This document shows positions 10,020 through 19,995 of a DNA stretch of 32,000 bases, piece after piece. Position numbers and translations under genes: made by a program. Source of the stretch: Candidatus Saccharimonadota bacterium. GTDB taxonomy: Bacteria > Patescibacteriota > Gracilibacteria > Absconditabacterales > Absconditicoccaceae. The notes below the pieces were generated by a model. That model searched no databases, was not told where the DNA came from, and saw nothing but the letters and a program-made list of their open reading frames with translations. Position 1 is the first letter of the stretch. Every line of letters begins with the position of its first letter. The stretch covers positions 960,001-992,000 of the forward strand of contig OZ246420.1 of NCBI GenBank assembly GCA_965231145.1, written 5' to 3'.

Positions 10020-12752
10020 TTAGTTCTTCGCAGCATCCTGCTGTTCGCGCAGCCTGATTGCAGACTGAGCAGCAGCGAAGATCGCCACAGGGATACGGAA
10101 TGGGCTACAGCCGACATAATCCAGGCCTATCTTATCGAATTCGTAGATAGACTTAGGATCGCCGCCATGCTCACCACATACACCGATCTGGATATCTGCA
10201 CCTTTTTCTGCACGCAAGCGTTTTACACCTATATGCATCATCTCCAGCACCAGCGGGTTTATCGTCTGGAACGGATCTGTAGGCAGTATCTTCTTCTCCA
10301 CATAGAAAGGAAGGAAAGTTGATGCGTCATCACGGGAGATGTTCATCACCGATGATGTCAGGTCATTGGACCCAAAGCTTGCAAATTGTGAAGGACGTGC
10401 CAAGTTAGTGCCGTCCAGGCAGGCTGCTGTGCATTCCATCATTGGTCCTACAAGGTAGTCTTTTTCTGCCACCAGATTGTATTCACTGGCTACTTCGTGC
10501 ACGATAGAAATTTGATTTTCATACTCTTTGGTGTTGAATACGAAAGGAACCTCTATTTCTACATGCGGATCGTAGCCGGCCGCTCTCAGTTCTACAATAG
10601 TTTCACATAAGGCCTTTATCTGTGCGCGGGCAATATCTGGGAACATAACGCCTAAGCGAGAGCCCCTCAGTCCAGAACCAGGATTGACCTCATGTAAACT
10701 TTCAATACGGCGTTCCAACTCATCGAGTGTAATACCCAGGTCGTTGGCAAGCCTTACCTTCTCATTCATTTGTGCCACTGCCTCCTCATGGTTGGAAGGT
10801 TTCGCAAAACTTACGAATTCATGGCGAGGAGGATCAAGCTCCCGCACCGTTACAGGCAAGCCATTCATTTCCACTAACGTGTTATAGAATGACCGCTTAA
10901 ACGCAGGCAGGAGTTTGCCAAGGGCATCGTTTGCTTCATCAGGTGATGTACTCAGAATGAGTTTTTTCATCATATAAAGCGACTCTGCGCCATCTTCACC
11001 ATAGAACATATGCTCTGTACGGAAGAGAGAAATACCTTCTGCGCCGAACTCGCGAGCACGGCGTGCATCTTCAGGTGTTTCTGCGTTTGCACGCACTCCC
11101 ATACGCTTGAGCGACATGGCCCAGGACATTACTTCCCTGAACGCATCAGTCTGCTCAGCAGGGCTCAGTTCGTGCTCTCCGAGGATCACCTCACCTGTAG
11201 TACTGTTGACCGATATCACATCACCTTCGCGCACTGTATGTTCACCTACGGTAAACAAGCGTTCAGCAAGGTTAATGGATATAGCGCCAGCTCCTACGAT
11301 ACATGGTTTACCCCAGCCGCGCATTACTACGCCAGCATGAGAAGACAGACCGCCTACCACTGTAAGCACTGCCTGTGAAACCCACATACCCTTTATATCT
11401 TCGGGCGAAGTTTCTCTGCGAACAAGTATTACTTTATGTCCTTCTGAAGCCAGCCTTACAGCAGTCTCCTTATCGAAAACTACCATACCACTGGCAGCGC
11501 CAGGAGAAGCAGCCAGGCCTTTTGCGATAACAGCCTTTGCTTCGCGGTATTCGTTCATAGTCAGCTCATTGAAGCGAGGAAGCAGCATCTGCAGTACATG
11601 ATCGGGCGCGATAAGCTTAGTGATGGCACGTTCTTTTGTTACCAGTCCTTCGTTTACCATTGCCACTGCTATTTCAAAAGCAGCCGTACCGTTGCGCTTA
11701 CCATTACGGGTTTGCAGCATAAACAGTTGGCCATCTTCGATAGTGAATTCAATGTCCTGGATATCTTGACGACTTCTTTCCAGGCTTTTCACTATGGTTA
11801 ACAGTTGCTCATATACTTCAGGCATGCGCTCTTTCAGCACACTTATAGGTTCGGGGGTTCTGATACCAGCAACAACGTCTTCACCCTGTGCATTGAAAAG
11901 TACTTCACCGTACAGTTCGTCCACACCTGTTGAAGGATTGCGCGTAAAGAGAACTCCGGTACCGGAACGCTCATTGAGGTTACCAAATACCATGGCCATC
12001 ACCACTACAGCAGTACCCAGAAGGTCATCCAGCTTCTCTATCTTACGATAGTCTATCGCCTTCTGGCCGTACCAGGACTTGAACACTGCTTCTACAGCAG
12101 GGAACAGTTGATCCCATACATCCTGCGGGAATGGCATGCCGGCATTTTCTTCGAACACTTCTTCATAAATAGCACAAAGCTGTTCCATATCTTTCGCAGC
12201 CATGTCATGGTCGCTGGCGATGTTGTGGTCGTTCTTATATTGGGCGAATGCATGTTCGAAAACCTCGTGGTCAATATTCATGACGGTTTCACCCCACATG
12301 TCTATCAACCTTCTATAGCAGTCCCAGGCAAAGCGCTCATTATTGAACTGCTCTATAAGTCCAGGTATTGTTGCGCGGCTTGTACCAACATTGAGTATTG
12401 TTTTGAGCATACCAGGCATGCTTACGGCAGCGCCAGAACGAGAACTCAGCAACAGTGGGTTATTAGAGTCTCCGAATGTGCGGCCCACCTTTTCACCTAC
12501 TTTGCCAACATACTCGCGTATCAGCTCTTTTTGCTGATCTATCATATATCCCCTTTCGAGGTACGGCTTACACTCAGTAGTGGGTATGATAAACCCCGGT
12601 GGTACTGGCACGCCATCTATGCTTGCCATTTCCATAAGGCCAAAGCCCTTTCCACCAAGGACATCCGCTTTGAGTCCTGCACCATTGGTTTTTCCCAGGC
12701 CAAAATGATATACTATCATTGCCTGAACTGTTGTTGCTACATTTGTCTCCAT
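10020..12752 (-). CDS. ppdK: Pyruvate, phosphate dikinase
   Basis: Intact 910-aa ORF. Motifs: LGGKGFGLMEM, VPVPPGFIIPTTEC, phospho-His loop GGLSSHAGVVMRGWGKPCIVG, SLFRTEHMF, CGEHGGDP. The stop is TAA. An alternative start is M12 (MIVYHF...). By eye it is more GC-rich than its flanks. Confidence 0.95.
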   Translation of the reverse strand: METNVATTVQAMIVYHFGLGKTNGAGLKADVLGGKGFGLMEMASIDGVPVPPGFIIPTTECKPYLERGYMIDQQKELIREYVGKVGEKVGRTFGDSNNPLLLSSRSGAAVSMPGMLKTILNVGTSRATIPGLIEQFNNERFAWDCYRRLIDMWGETVMNIDHEVFEHAFAQYKNDHNIASDHDMAAKDMEQLCAIYEEVFEENAGMPFPQDVWDQLFPAVEAVFKSWYGQKAIDYRKIEKLDDLLGTAVVVMAMVFGNLNERSGTGVLFTRNPSTGVDELYGEVLFNAQGEDVVAGIRTPEPISVLKERMPEVYEQLLTIVKSLERSRQDIQDIEFTIEDGQLFMLQTRNGKRNGTAAFEIAVAMVNEGLVTKERAITKLIAPDHVLQMLLPRFNELTMNEYREAKAVIAKGLAASPGAASGMVVFDKETAVRLASEGHKVILVRRETSPEDIKGMWVSQAVLTVVGGLSSHAGVVMRGWGKPCIVGAGAISINLAERLFTVGEHTVREGDVISVNSTTGEVILGEHELSPAEQTDAFREVMSWAMSLKRMGVRANAETPEDARRAREFGAEGISLFRTEHMFYGEDGAESLYMMKKLILSTSPDEANDALGKLLPAFKRSFYNTLVEMNGLPVTVRELDPPRHEFVSFAKPSNHEEAVAQMNEKVRLANDLGITLDELERRIESLHEVNPGSGLRGSRLGVMFPDIARAQIKALCETIVELRAAGYDPHVEIEVPFVFNTKEYENQISIVHEVASEYNLVAEKDYLVGPMMECTAACLDGTNLARPSQFASFGSNDLTSSVMNISRDDASTFLPFYVEKKILPTDPFQTINPLVLEMMHIGVKRLRAEKGADIQIGVCGEHGGDPKSIYEFDKIGLDYVGCSPFRIPVAIFAAAQSAIRLREQQDAAKN

Positions 12753-12821
12753 AATTGTTCTTTGTTTTTTGAATTGTTTTTAATTGATTGTTTAATTGAT
12801 TTATTGTTTGTTTTAAGTCGG

Positions 12822-12917
12822 CTAGTATGCCGGGATGCCTTCATCGATATAGTAAATAGATGTTGCATCGGGGTCTGTGCCCAGTGTCAGTTCGAATTGT
12901 TTGAATGTGTTTTTCAT
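12822..12917 (-). CDS. Hypothetical 31-aa ORF between the 215-aa gene and ppdK
   Basis: The ORF runs from ATG at 12917 to TAG at 12822-12824 and encodes MKNTFKQFELTLGTDPDATSIYYIDEGIPAY. It is preceded by an ACAATCAAT-N-AAAAA leader similar to the one before ppdK. It is too short for the ORF track. Confidence 0.25.
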   Translation of the reverse strand: MKNTFKQFELTLGTDPDATSIYYIDEGIPAY

Positions 12918-12953
12918 AACTGTTGGTTTTTGATTGATTGTTAGTAATTGTTT

Positions 12954-13601
12954 TTACTTTGAAGTGTTAATTTGTGCGACAGATAGTTCATAAGTATTCG
13001 TCGCAGGCAGATGCAATGTAAGCTTACATTCGCGGTAAGAAACCTTTACTTCCTCACCATCACGGCTAGAAAGATCGGCCCATACATCAGGATAAGCATG
13101 CGCTATTTTTATGAACATACGCATTTGCGCATGAGAAACGCGGTTACGCAACCACACATCCAAAGGGCCATCATGATCTTTTATTTCACCATAGTCCTTG
13201 TTTACACCTTGTGTTTGATCATGACGCATGTCATGCTCACACAAAACGAGATCCCATAGCCCAGAATGTCCAGGATATGTACTGCGTTTATAAGTGTTCA
13301 GAGAAAGTCGGTCCGTCAGAAGCAAAAGCTTCTTTCCTTCGTTTTTCATTTGCATGGCTAAATAGAGCCACGGCCTTACTTCCACCTCAAGCTTTAAGGC
13401 TTCCAGGTCGCGCCTAAGCGCATCATGCTGGTCGCCTGGCACAGGAGACAGTTCGTCATAGTGCTTGGCTTTACTGTAAATCGTAAAGGTGTCTTCAAAG
13501 GCTGCTTGCGAAAACAAAGTTGTATATACCTTTGTTTTTTTAGTTTCAGTTACCACGGTAACTGCTTCTTCTTTCTGATCTTGTAACAATTGTGAATTCA
13601 T
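12954..13601 (-). CDS. Hypothetical protein (215 aa), first gene of the ppdK-containing unit
   Basis: Uninterrupted ORF with a TAA stop, same strand and composition as ppdK. I recognise no family. Confidence 0.6.
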   Translation of the reverse strand: MNSQLLQDQKEEAVTVVTETKKTKVYTTLFSQAAFEDTFTIYSKAKHYDELSPVPGDQHDALRRDLEALKLEVEVRPWLYLAMQMKNEGKKLLLLTDRLSLNTYKRSTYPGHSGLWDLVLCEHDMRHDQTQGVNKDYGEIKDHDGPLDVWLRNRVSHAQMRMFIKIAHAYPDVWADLSSRDGEEVKVSYRECKLTLHLPATNTYELSVAQINTSK

Positions 13602-13810
13602 AAAATTGTCTTTGGTTTTAGAATAATTGATAATAATTTATTTGTATGTTAAGGTTCGATTCCCGCTCTTTTTTTCGCGGGAAGTTCATTTATAGTAAAT
13701 GTCAAACATCTCTCAATGAAAAAAGATACAAATGTCATTGCTTATTGTGTGTATTTCTGTATACTTTATAAATTACCTGTGTATTTTTTACATTAACCAG
13801 AAATTCACAC

Positions 13811-15088
13811 ATGATTATCAAGAGGGAAAGGTATGTAAAAAGGCTGAAAGACGCTATTTACGACCCCAAAGTAAAGTGTATTGTGCTTGATGGACCAAGA
13901 CATGCAGGAAAGACAACACTCCTGAAACACATCTATCACGATGACACAATTGAAGAAAAAAAATACTATTTCGCGTTTGACGATCAGATCAGCACGAAAC
14001 AATTTAAGGATAGTCAGGAGTTTATGTCATTTATGCAAATTAGATTTGGTATAGATTTTTCTGTTCCTAGCCTCCTCTTTCTCAATGAGATCCAGTATAG
14101 TAAAAATATCGGGAGCATCATTCATGATCTTATCAATGTACATAAGATCCGTACAAAAATCGTAGCGACCGGTATCACGCAGTGAGATTATAAGGAGTTT
14201 CTGGGATTACGTGAAAAAGATTTTGCGGTGATAAATATCTATACGCTGGATTTTATGGAGTTTTTAGAGTTTAAATGAATCCACACAGAACACCTGGATC
14301 CTATGAAACTCAGCCGCATTTTATTCGATGAGATACAGCCTCTCCTCTTGGAATTTTTGAAGCGATGAGGGTATCCGAGCGTCGTTGTTGCGAAGACCGA
14401 AGAAGAAAAGAAAGAAGCGTTGAAACATATTATCCAGACGGTGATTGCGAAAGATGTGAACTTTTGGTTTCGTAAAGAAGAGATCCACTACTTTGAAGAT
14501 ATCCTACATATCATCAACGACCAACATGCGCGCATACACAATAAATGGTCAATCAAAAAATCACACGATATCCCCGCAACCATCATCAATAAATATACTC
14601 GTTTTCTCGAAAATCATTTTCTTATCGTCACGCTCTCTCATTTTTTTTCAGACAAAACGAAAGAGGTTTCTCATAAGAAAAAATCGATCATCATGGATAT
14701 GGGCATAAAAAATTATCTCAACAATACTTTTTCAGTATCGGTACACGACCCAAGAATTATGAGTTATGTTGCGCTCCAGGAAATAGAGAAGAATACGAAC
14801 CCATTGCACCATATATTCACCTATAAAAAGATCAATGGTTCGGAGATTGATTTTCTTATCACAGATACTGCCACAAATATCCCGGTAGTGATCGGAGACA
14901 AAAATACCGACAGCGTTCCAAAAGTATTTGCTGGCTTCGAAGAACTCTACGGCAAACATACGCCGGAATACATTAAAACATCTCTTTCGACGAGCAGCGT
15001 CAATTACATTGAAGGGAAGCCCGTGTACATCATGCCGTATTTTCTTATCGGGAAATACTTAGCGATGAAATCAAAAAATGGCTTGTAA
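13811..15088 (+). CDS. AAA_14/DUF4143-family ATPase
   Basis: Track pieces 13811-14185 and 14420-15088 share a frame and are bridged by 3 TGA with no TAA/TAG. Motifs: Walker A LDGPRHAGKTTLL, LFLNEIQ, LDFMEFLEFK[G], EFLKR[G]GYP (family GGyP). The stop is TAA. Confidence 0.8.
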
Positions 15089-15110
15089 AGGACATTCACG
15101 TCATTATCAT
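15083..15110 (+). promoter_or_regulatory. Putative promoter TTGTAA-N16-TATCAT for the 144-aa ORF
   Basis: TTGTAA at 15083-15088 overlaps the ATPase TAA. TATCAT is at 15105-15110. The TTATCATTTCGG box and A/C-rich leader (CACAAATAAAAAAC) resemble the cassette junctions at 27195-27226 and 28111-28144. Confidence 0.35.
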
Positions 15111-15137
15111 TTCGGAACACAAATAAAAAACTCCCTT

Positions 15138-15572
15138 ATGATACAAATAATATTTTTCCTCATCATTATTAAATTACTACTCAAACCTCGATCACATTTC
15201 TATCATGCAATAACTATCGATATAGAAGACCGTATTGATAAACTATGCAATAAGTGGCACACTCTATCAGAAGAAAAGAGAATAATAGAGATACGAAAGT
15301 TAACGCGCCACGTAGACGCATATATGGGAAAGCTCCCATACTACCATAAAAACATGAAATGGAATGATGTATGTTGTCGTTATGTCTTAGAGTATATCAA
15401 AAGGCTTTTGCAGGATAAGCAATTGGTATATCAAGCCGACCTCTCCGACTTCTATCAGGATGTCATCAATAGCATCAACCAACACTATCCTCCATACGCA
15501 GAGAAAGTAGTTAGCAAATATGTCTACTTTTCTATGGAAGAGAGCAAAGAAATTTCGACTACTGCAGAATGA
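15138..15572 (+). CDS. Hypothetical protein with an N-terminal hydrophobic segment (144 aa if TGA stops it)
   Basis: The ORF has no TAA, TAG or internal TGA in AT-rich DNA (MIQIIFFLIIIKLLLKP...). It ends on TGA at 15570-15572, 25 nt before a terminator hairpin. Under table 25 the frame stays open to TAA at 15921-15923. Confidence 0.5.
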   Translation: MIQIIFFLIIIKLLLKPRSHFYHAITIDIEDRIDKLCNKWHTLSEEKRIIEIRKLTRHVDAYMGKLPYYHKNMKWNDVCCRYVLEYIKRLLQDKQLVYQADLSDFYQDVINSINQHYPPYAEKVVSKYVYFSMEESKEISTTAE

Positions 15573-15592
15573 TGCGGTAGTTTTTTTATAAG

Positions 15593-15617
15593 AAAAAACG
15601 GCCGTGAGGCCGTTTTT
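15593..15617. terminator. Bidirectional terminator (AACGGCC-GTGA-GGCCGTT)
   Basis: Hairpin at 15597-15614 with an A-run before and a T-run after. It abuts the ABC exporter TAG (15618-15620). The 24-nt core is identical to 17774-17797. Confidence 0.7.
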
Positions 15618-17390
15618 CTACAACGATTGTTCATCTTTCATATGTATCTGATACTCTTTCCGCATATGAGCAAATCTTCCGTCGTTCTTAATAAGTTCTT
15701 CAAATGTTCCTGACTCAATTATTTTACCCTGATCAAAGACATGTATAGTTTCGAACATAGGAAGAAGATGCAATTTATGAATCGCAGCAACGATAGTCTT
15801 GTGGGGATATGCTTCAAAGATATTTTGATAGATCTTCTTTTCATTGATACTATCAACACTACTTGTTGACTCATCCAGAAGCAAGATGTCGCTATCATGA
15901 GATACCAGCAATCAACGAGCTAATGCTAAACGCTGCTTCTGCCCTCCTGATAAATTTACGCCTTTCTCTTTGATACTTGTCTCATAGCCATGAGCTAACG
16001 AGATCGCAACATCATGAAAACACGCCATGCGTGAAAACTTTTCAACTGTCGCGTCGTCTGTATCCAATCCTACAGTAATATTGTAACGCATCGAGTCTTC
16101 AAAGATCTCTGGCTCTTGCGGAATAAGTGATGTATTGTGAGAGAGAATATGCAAATGATCATAGTTCTTCTTATCAATCTGCACCTCTACATGATCAACA
16201 TCATACAGTCCGCGAAGAAGAGAAAGAAATGTTGATTTACCACTTCCACTTTCTCCAACAACTGCAATCTTCGCTCCATGATGAAGCGTCATATCAATAT
16301 GTTCAAGCGTGTGCGAGCGTTTATGCGAGTCCTTGTAGGTAAATTTCAATCCGCGAATAGCAATATTTTTTCGATTTTTTAAAGGAGCGAGCGTATTAAC
16401 TGCTGGAAGTGAAACATACTCCTGTATAATGTCTTCAGCTGCTTGCACATTTGCATGACTTTGTACTACGGCTGAATATTGCCATGCAAAGTTATAAAAA
16501 GAATTGGATACTTCCTGCATATACTGAAAGATCATCGTTAAGCTTCCTATAAGGATAACACCTGTAGCTGACCGCTGTATGTAAGCATATCATCCGATCA
16601 TAAGACCAATAGTAAGGGCAAGAATAATGCTTACAATAAACCGTTTCCACTCATTGATAATAATACGTTTTTTGAACAATAGGTATCTGTCTTCCAGCTT
16701 ATCTTTCACCACCCTCCATGTACTCTCCACAAATCTCAGCGTAATGATAGTTTTTATATTAGAAAGATAATCATAGATCAAACTACTTACTTTGTGATCT
16801 TTTTTGTGCTTCTGCTTTGTGAGATCTACAATACGAATATCAAAGCGTCGAATAATAAGAAAAATAGCAGCGGCCATGACCGGTAAGATAATAGCAGCAA
16901 AAGGCCATATCAGTATCAATGCTACAAACGAACCAACAAGTCATATAAATGTACCAAGATACATAAACATGTTTCCTGAGAAATCATAGACTCCAGACAC
17001 TGCTTTTGCTATCTTATCAATAGTCTCTCCTGAATGATTCTCGGTATGCCATGGTATGCCAAATGAAGTCACAGCCTTGAACAAATATAGCTTATAAGCG
17101 GCCTCTGTCTTAAATTGTAGCTTTTGTTCCCAGATACGAGAAGTTCCATGAAAGAGCCATGACACGAAAGGAACGAGCGTATAGAGTCCAAGATACGTGA
17201 TCATACTTCTTCGCATATCTGCGCCTCCTAACTGGATAGCATTGATCATCTTTCCCACAAAATATGGCGCAAGCAAGTTAACCATTTGTGATATAAATGA
17301 GAACGTCCGCATCAGAAGAGCCCATAGTCTGTTCGGCACAAAACGCCGATACAAACGTATCATCTGGATATAAGGATTCTTTTTAAACAT
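15618..17390 (-). CDS. ABC transporter, fused permease/ATP-binding exporter (type I exporter fold)
   Basis: Four track pieces (15618-15911, 15912-16535, 16590-16919, 16941-17390) form one frame of 1773 nt joined by 3 TGA. Motifs: Walker A GESGSGKST, signature LSGGQKQRLALAR[G]LL, Walker B ILLLDESTSSVD. The stop is TAG. Confidence 0.88.
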
Positions 17391-17420
17391 GAGAAAAATA
17401 ATAACTAAATGTATTATATA

Positions 17421-17711
17421 CTACCCACCTACTTGTTGTTTCCAATAGCTGCTTCCATCGATCTTACGATCGATATATTCTTTTATATATAGTTCTCTAC
17501 GAAGTAATGCCTCATCACCAAAGTGATGTCGTTGGCTCAATAATTCATTAAACTCTTTTTCAGAATATATTTTTTCAGGATCTATTTTCTCCGCAAGATA
17601 TGCTAATACGACCAATTGTTTACTTTGTTTTGAGGGTCGTTTTATCAGTTTACCATGCTCATCGAGAATTCACTTTATCAGAAAATAAGGATTTTCAGGT
17701 GTTAGAAACAT
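17421..17711 (-). CDS. DUF2087 domain protein
   Basis: The ORF runs from ATG at 17711 to TAG at 17421-17423 with one TGA: MFLTPENPYFLIK[G]ILDEHGKLIKRPSKQSKQLVVLAYLAEKIDPEKIYSEKEFNELLSQRHHFGDEALLRRELYIKEYIDRKIDGSSYW. It fits the DUF2087 pattern (G.l..fP.K.k....vL.yl...f.....Y.EkEvN.ll.....D.a.lRR.L). It lies 30 nt upstream of the ABC exporter. Confidence 0.65.
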
Positions 17712-17770
17712 TGAGATAAGTGAATAGGTATATAACTACCCCTATATACGAGCGACTTGACATTTTGTGA

Positions 17771-17797
17771 CAAAAAGAAAAAACGGCCGTGAGGCCG
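17771..17797 (-). terminator. Rho-independent terminator downstream of the PspC-domain gene
   Basis: Hairpin ACGGCC-GTGA-GGCCGT at 17782-17797, with an A-rich run at 17771-17781 (a T-run on the minus strand). Confidence 0.6.
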
Positions 17798-17875
17798 TCT
17801 TTTAAATACTGAATTAGTCCTTTTTTTCTCGCCTCCTCAATATGTGGTTTTCAAGTTTGAGTTTTAAGTTTTCAG

Positions 17876-19300
17876 TTAATTTTCTGGATACATAGGAGGC
17901 ACTCTATCAAGACCTTCTCTTTTTATCCTATCTTCAACAATTCACTCCATATCTATGTTATCATATGCGCGGTCATCCCGCACTCTATCGTTGCATGTAA
18001 ATTCATTTTGTTGACGATCATATACATAGACCTTTGCATCGCAGTATGATACTCTGACATTGGAAGCATCATTTTGCACTGACATATTTACTCTTCGGTT
18101 CTTATGGATGTAGACTTCTTTATCTGCGGGAATTGAGATGATAATATGTCTTTGCGTCATCCCAAGCGGTACTTCTTGTGAGAAAAGTTTTGCATTAGGC
18201 TGACGACCAACAGTAATATGATTTGCATCACCCGTCATAAGAAGTGGAACTAATTTTGATGCGCTATCCTGAAGCTGTGCATCGGACATGCCCTTGATAG
18301 TTGTTTCTACCTTAACTTCCATATTAGTTCCTGTTGTACGGATCAATATGACATCTGCATTTCCAAATCCGAAATCCCAGAAGTCACCATTGCTATTTAT
18401 CTTTGTCAGATCTATCGTCACACGATCTCCTGACACTGGAGATACCGGAAGTGTCATGTTTTCTGTCACTATGGTTTGATGTGACATGGCAAGCACCACC
18501 GTCTTGTAACCTGTTCCTATGGTCGCTACAACACCAAAAAGGATAACAACCCCTGCAAGCAAACCGAGCGCTTTATGGAGCCACCTCTGTTTGAAGAGAG
18601 ATCCGATCGCTCAGACAGACAGCAGAAGAAGTGCAACACTCATCAGTACTCCTACCAGATACATATACTGCGGAATCCAGGCAGCGATGGATTGGTTGTC
18701 TATCACTGGTGTAAAGAACATAAGCCCTGTTACGACAATAGTAGTAACAGTAGCTGGTACTAGAGCACTCAAGATGAAGAGCCAGAAAATCACACGAATA
18801 ATTTCAAACACTACATTTCCTATCGCTCATGTTGTTTTCCTTTTATCTTTGTAAGGAACAAACAATGCGAGGATAGCATACACGATCAATCACGTTCCAT
18901 TGAGCAATACAAGTATGAGGAAAATGATACGCATGATTCTGACTGATACGTTCATCGACTTTGCAAGCCAGTAACAAACTCCCCATATCATAGGTTTCTG
19001 TTTATCGATCCAGAGCGTTCTTTTAAATCTTGATGGTTGGTCTGTTAACTCATCGCTCTCGTCGAACATCACCTCAGGTTCACCAAGACTATTAGCGATC
19101 TCTATCACCTGTTTTTCAGTGATAGGTGTCTCATGACGATACAGTTTTTCAATGATACTGTATTTGATATCATCAATAACTTCACGCGAAATTTGATGCT
19201 CTGTCGCATAGCTTTCGATGCGTTCAATATATCTTGTAAGAAAATGATGAGCAGTATCTTCGAGCTCAAACAGGTGTCATAAAAGTGTATATTTTTTCAT
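17876..19300 (-). CDS. Membrane stress-signalling protein: N-terminal HAAS/DUF1700-like domain, PspC domain, TM segments, C-terminal beta-rich (toastrack/DUF4097-like) domain
   Basis: Track pieces 18890-19108, 18611-18811 and 17942-18562 share a frame (1425 nt) with 5 TGA. It runs from ATG at 19300 to TAA at 17876-17878. The PspC motif reads FKRTLWIDKQKPMIWGVCYWLAKSMNVSVRIMRIIFLILVLLNGT[G]LIVYAILALFVP. The HAAS-like N-terminus ends ...ITEKQVIEIANSLGEPEVMF. Confidence 0.8.
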
Positions 19301-19326
19301 GGCTGAACGATAATATATAAAAGGTA

Positions 19327-19656
19327 CTATTTCTGACGATCAATTTTCTTTACAGCACTAGCAAGCGTTCCCCATGTTTCACGCATAGCCCCAAGGATAT
19401 CTTTTCCCTTACTAGTAAGCGCATAATATTTTCTTGGAGGTCACTGTACTGACTCCACCCACGAATAGGTCACAAGCTTGTCGTCCTTCAAACGCGAGAG
19501 TAATGGATAAAGTGTTCCTTCCACGATAAGTAGACTACTCTCTTTGAGCGTCGCAAGAATATCTGATGCATACACTTCTCCCGCAGAGATGATAGCAAGT
19601 ATCAGATACTCGAGCACTCATTTTTTCATCTGCGTGCTTATTTTTTCGTATTCCAT
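19327..19656 (-). CDS. PadR-family transcriptional regulator
   Basis: Visible only under table 25 (110 codons, 2 TGA): MEYEKISTQMKK[G]VLEYLILAIISAGEVYASDILATLKE...VEGTLYPLLSRLKDDKLVTYSWVESVQ[G]PPRKYYALTSKGKD. These are the canonical PadR motifs GtlYp.L.rLe..Gl and RkyY.lT..G. The stop is TAG. Confidence 0.85.
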
Positions 19657-19995
19657 GTTTATACACTTACTTACTAAAATAATGTTAAATTCGAAATGCT
19701 GAATTCTAAATATAGTATGGTTTCAATTAATGATACCCTCCTTATTATATTTAAAATTTAAAATCTAGAATTTCGAATTATTATAGTACTATGTAACACA
19801 AGGTACTATAAGAACAAATATTATTTTTTCAAGAGAAAATGAAAAAATCACTTTGTAGTAGTACCGTTGCACGATAATATCTGGCTTATTTAAGCCGCTC
19901 TTATTGCATCCACTCTTTTTACGATTATAAGCGCGAACGTTATCTCGTTGGTCATTCACAATTCAAAAATAATCACAATTTAAAAACTTGAAACA

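Noticed and set aside
12108-12944. 278-aa plus-strand ORF in the track
   Set aside because: It is antisense to ppdK, whose identity is unambiguous. It is a typical shadow ORF in GC-richer DNA.
13640-13680. tRNA 3' fragment or att site suggested by GGTTCGATTCCCGC
   Set aside because: The flanking bases do not form a T-stem or acceptor stem and there is no upstream tRNA body. The sequence is better explained as one arm of the TTCCCGC/GCGGGAA hairpin.
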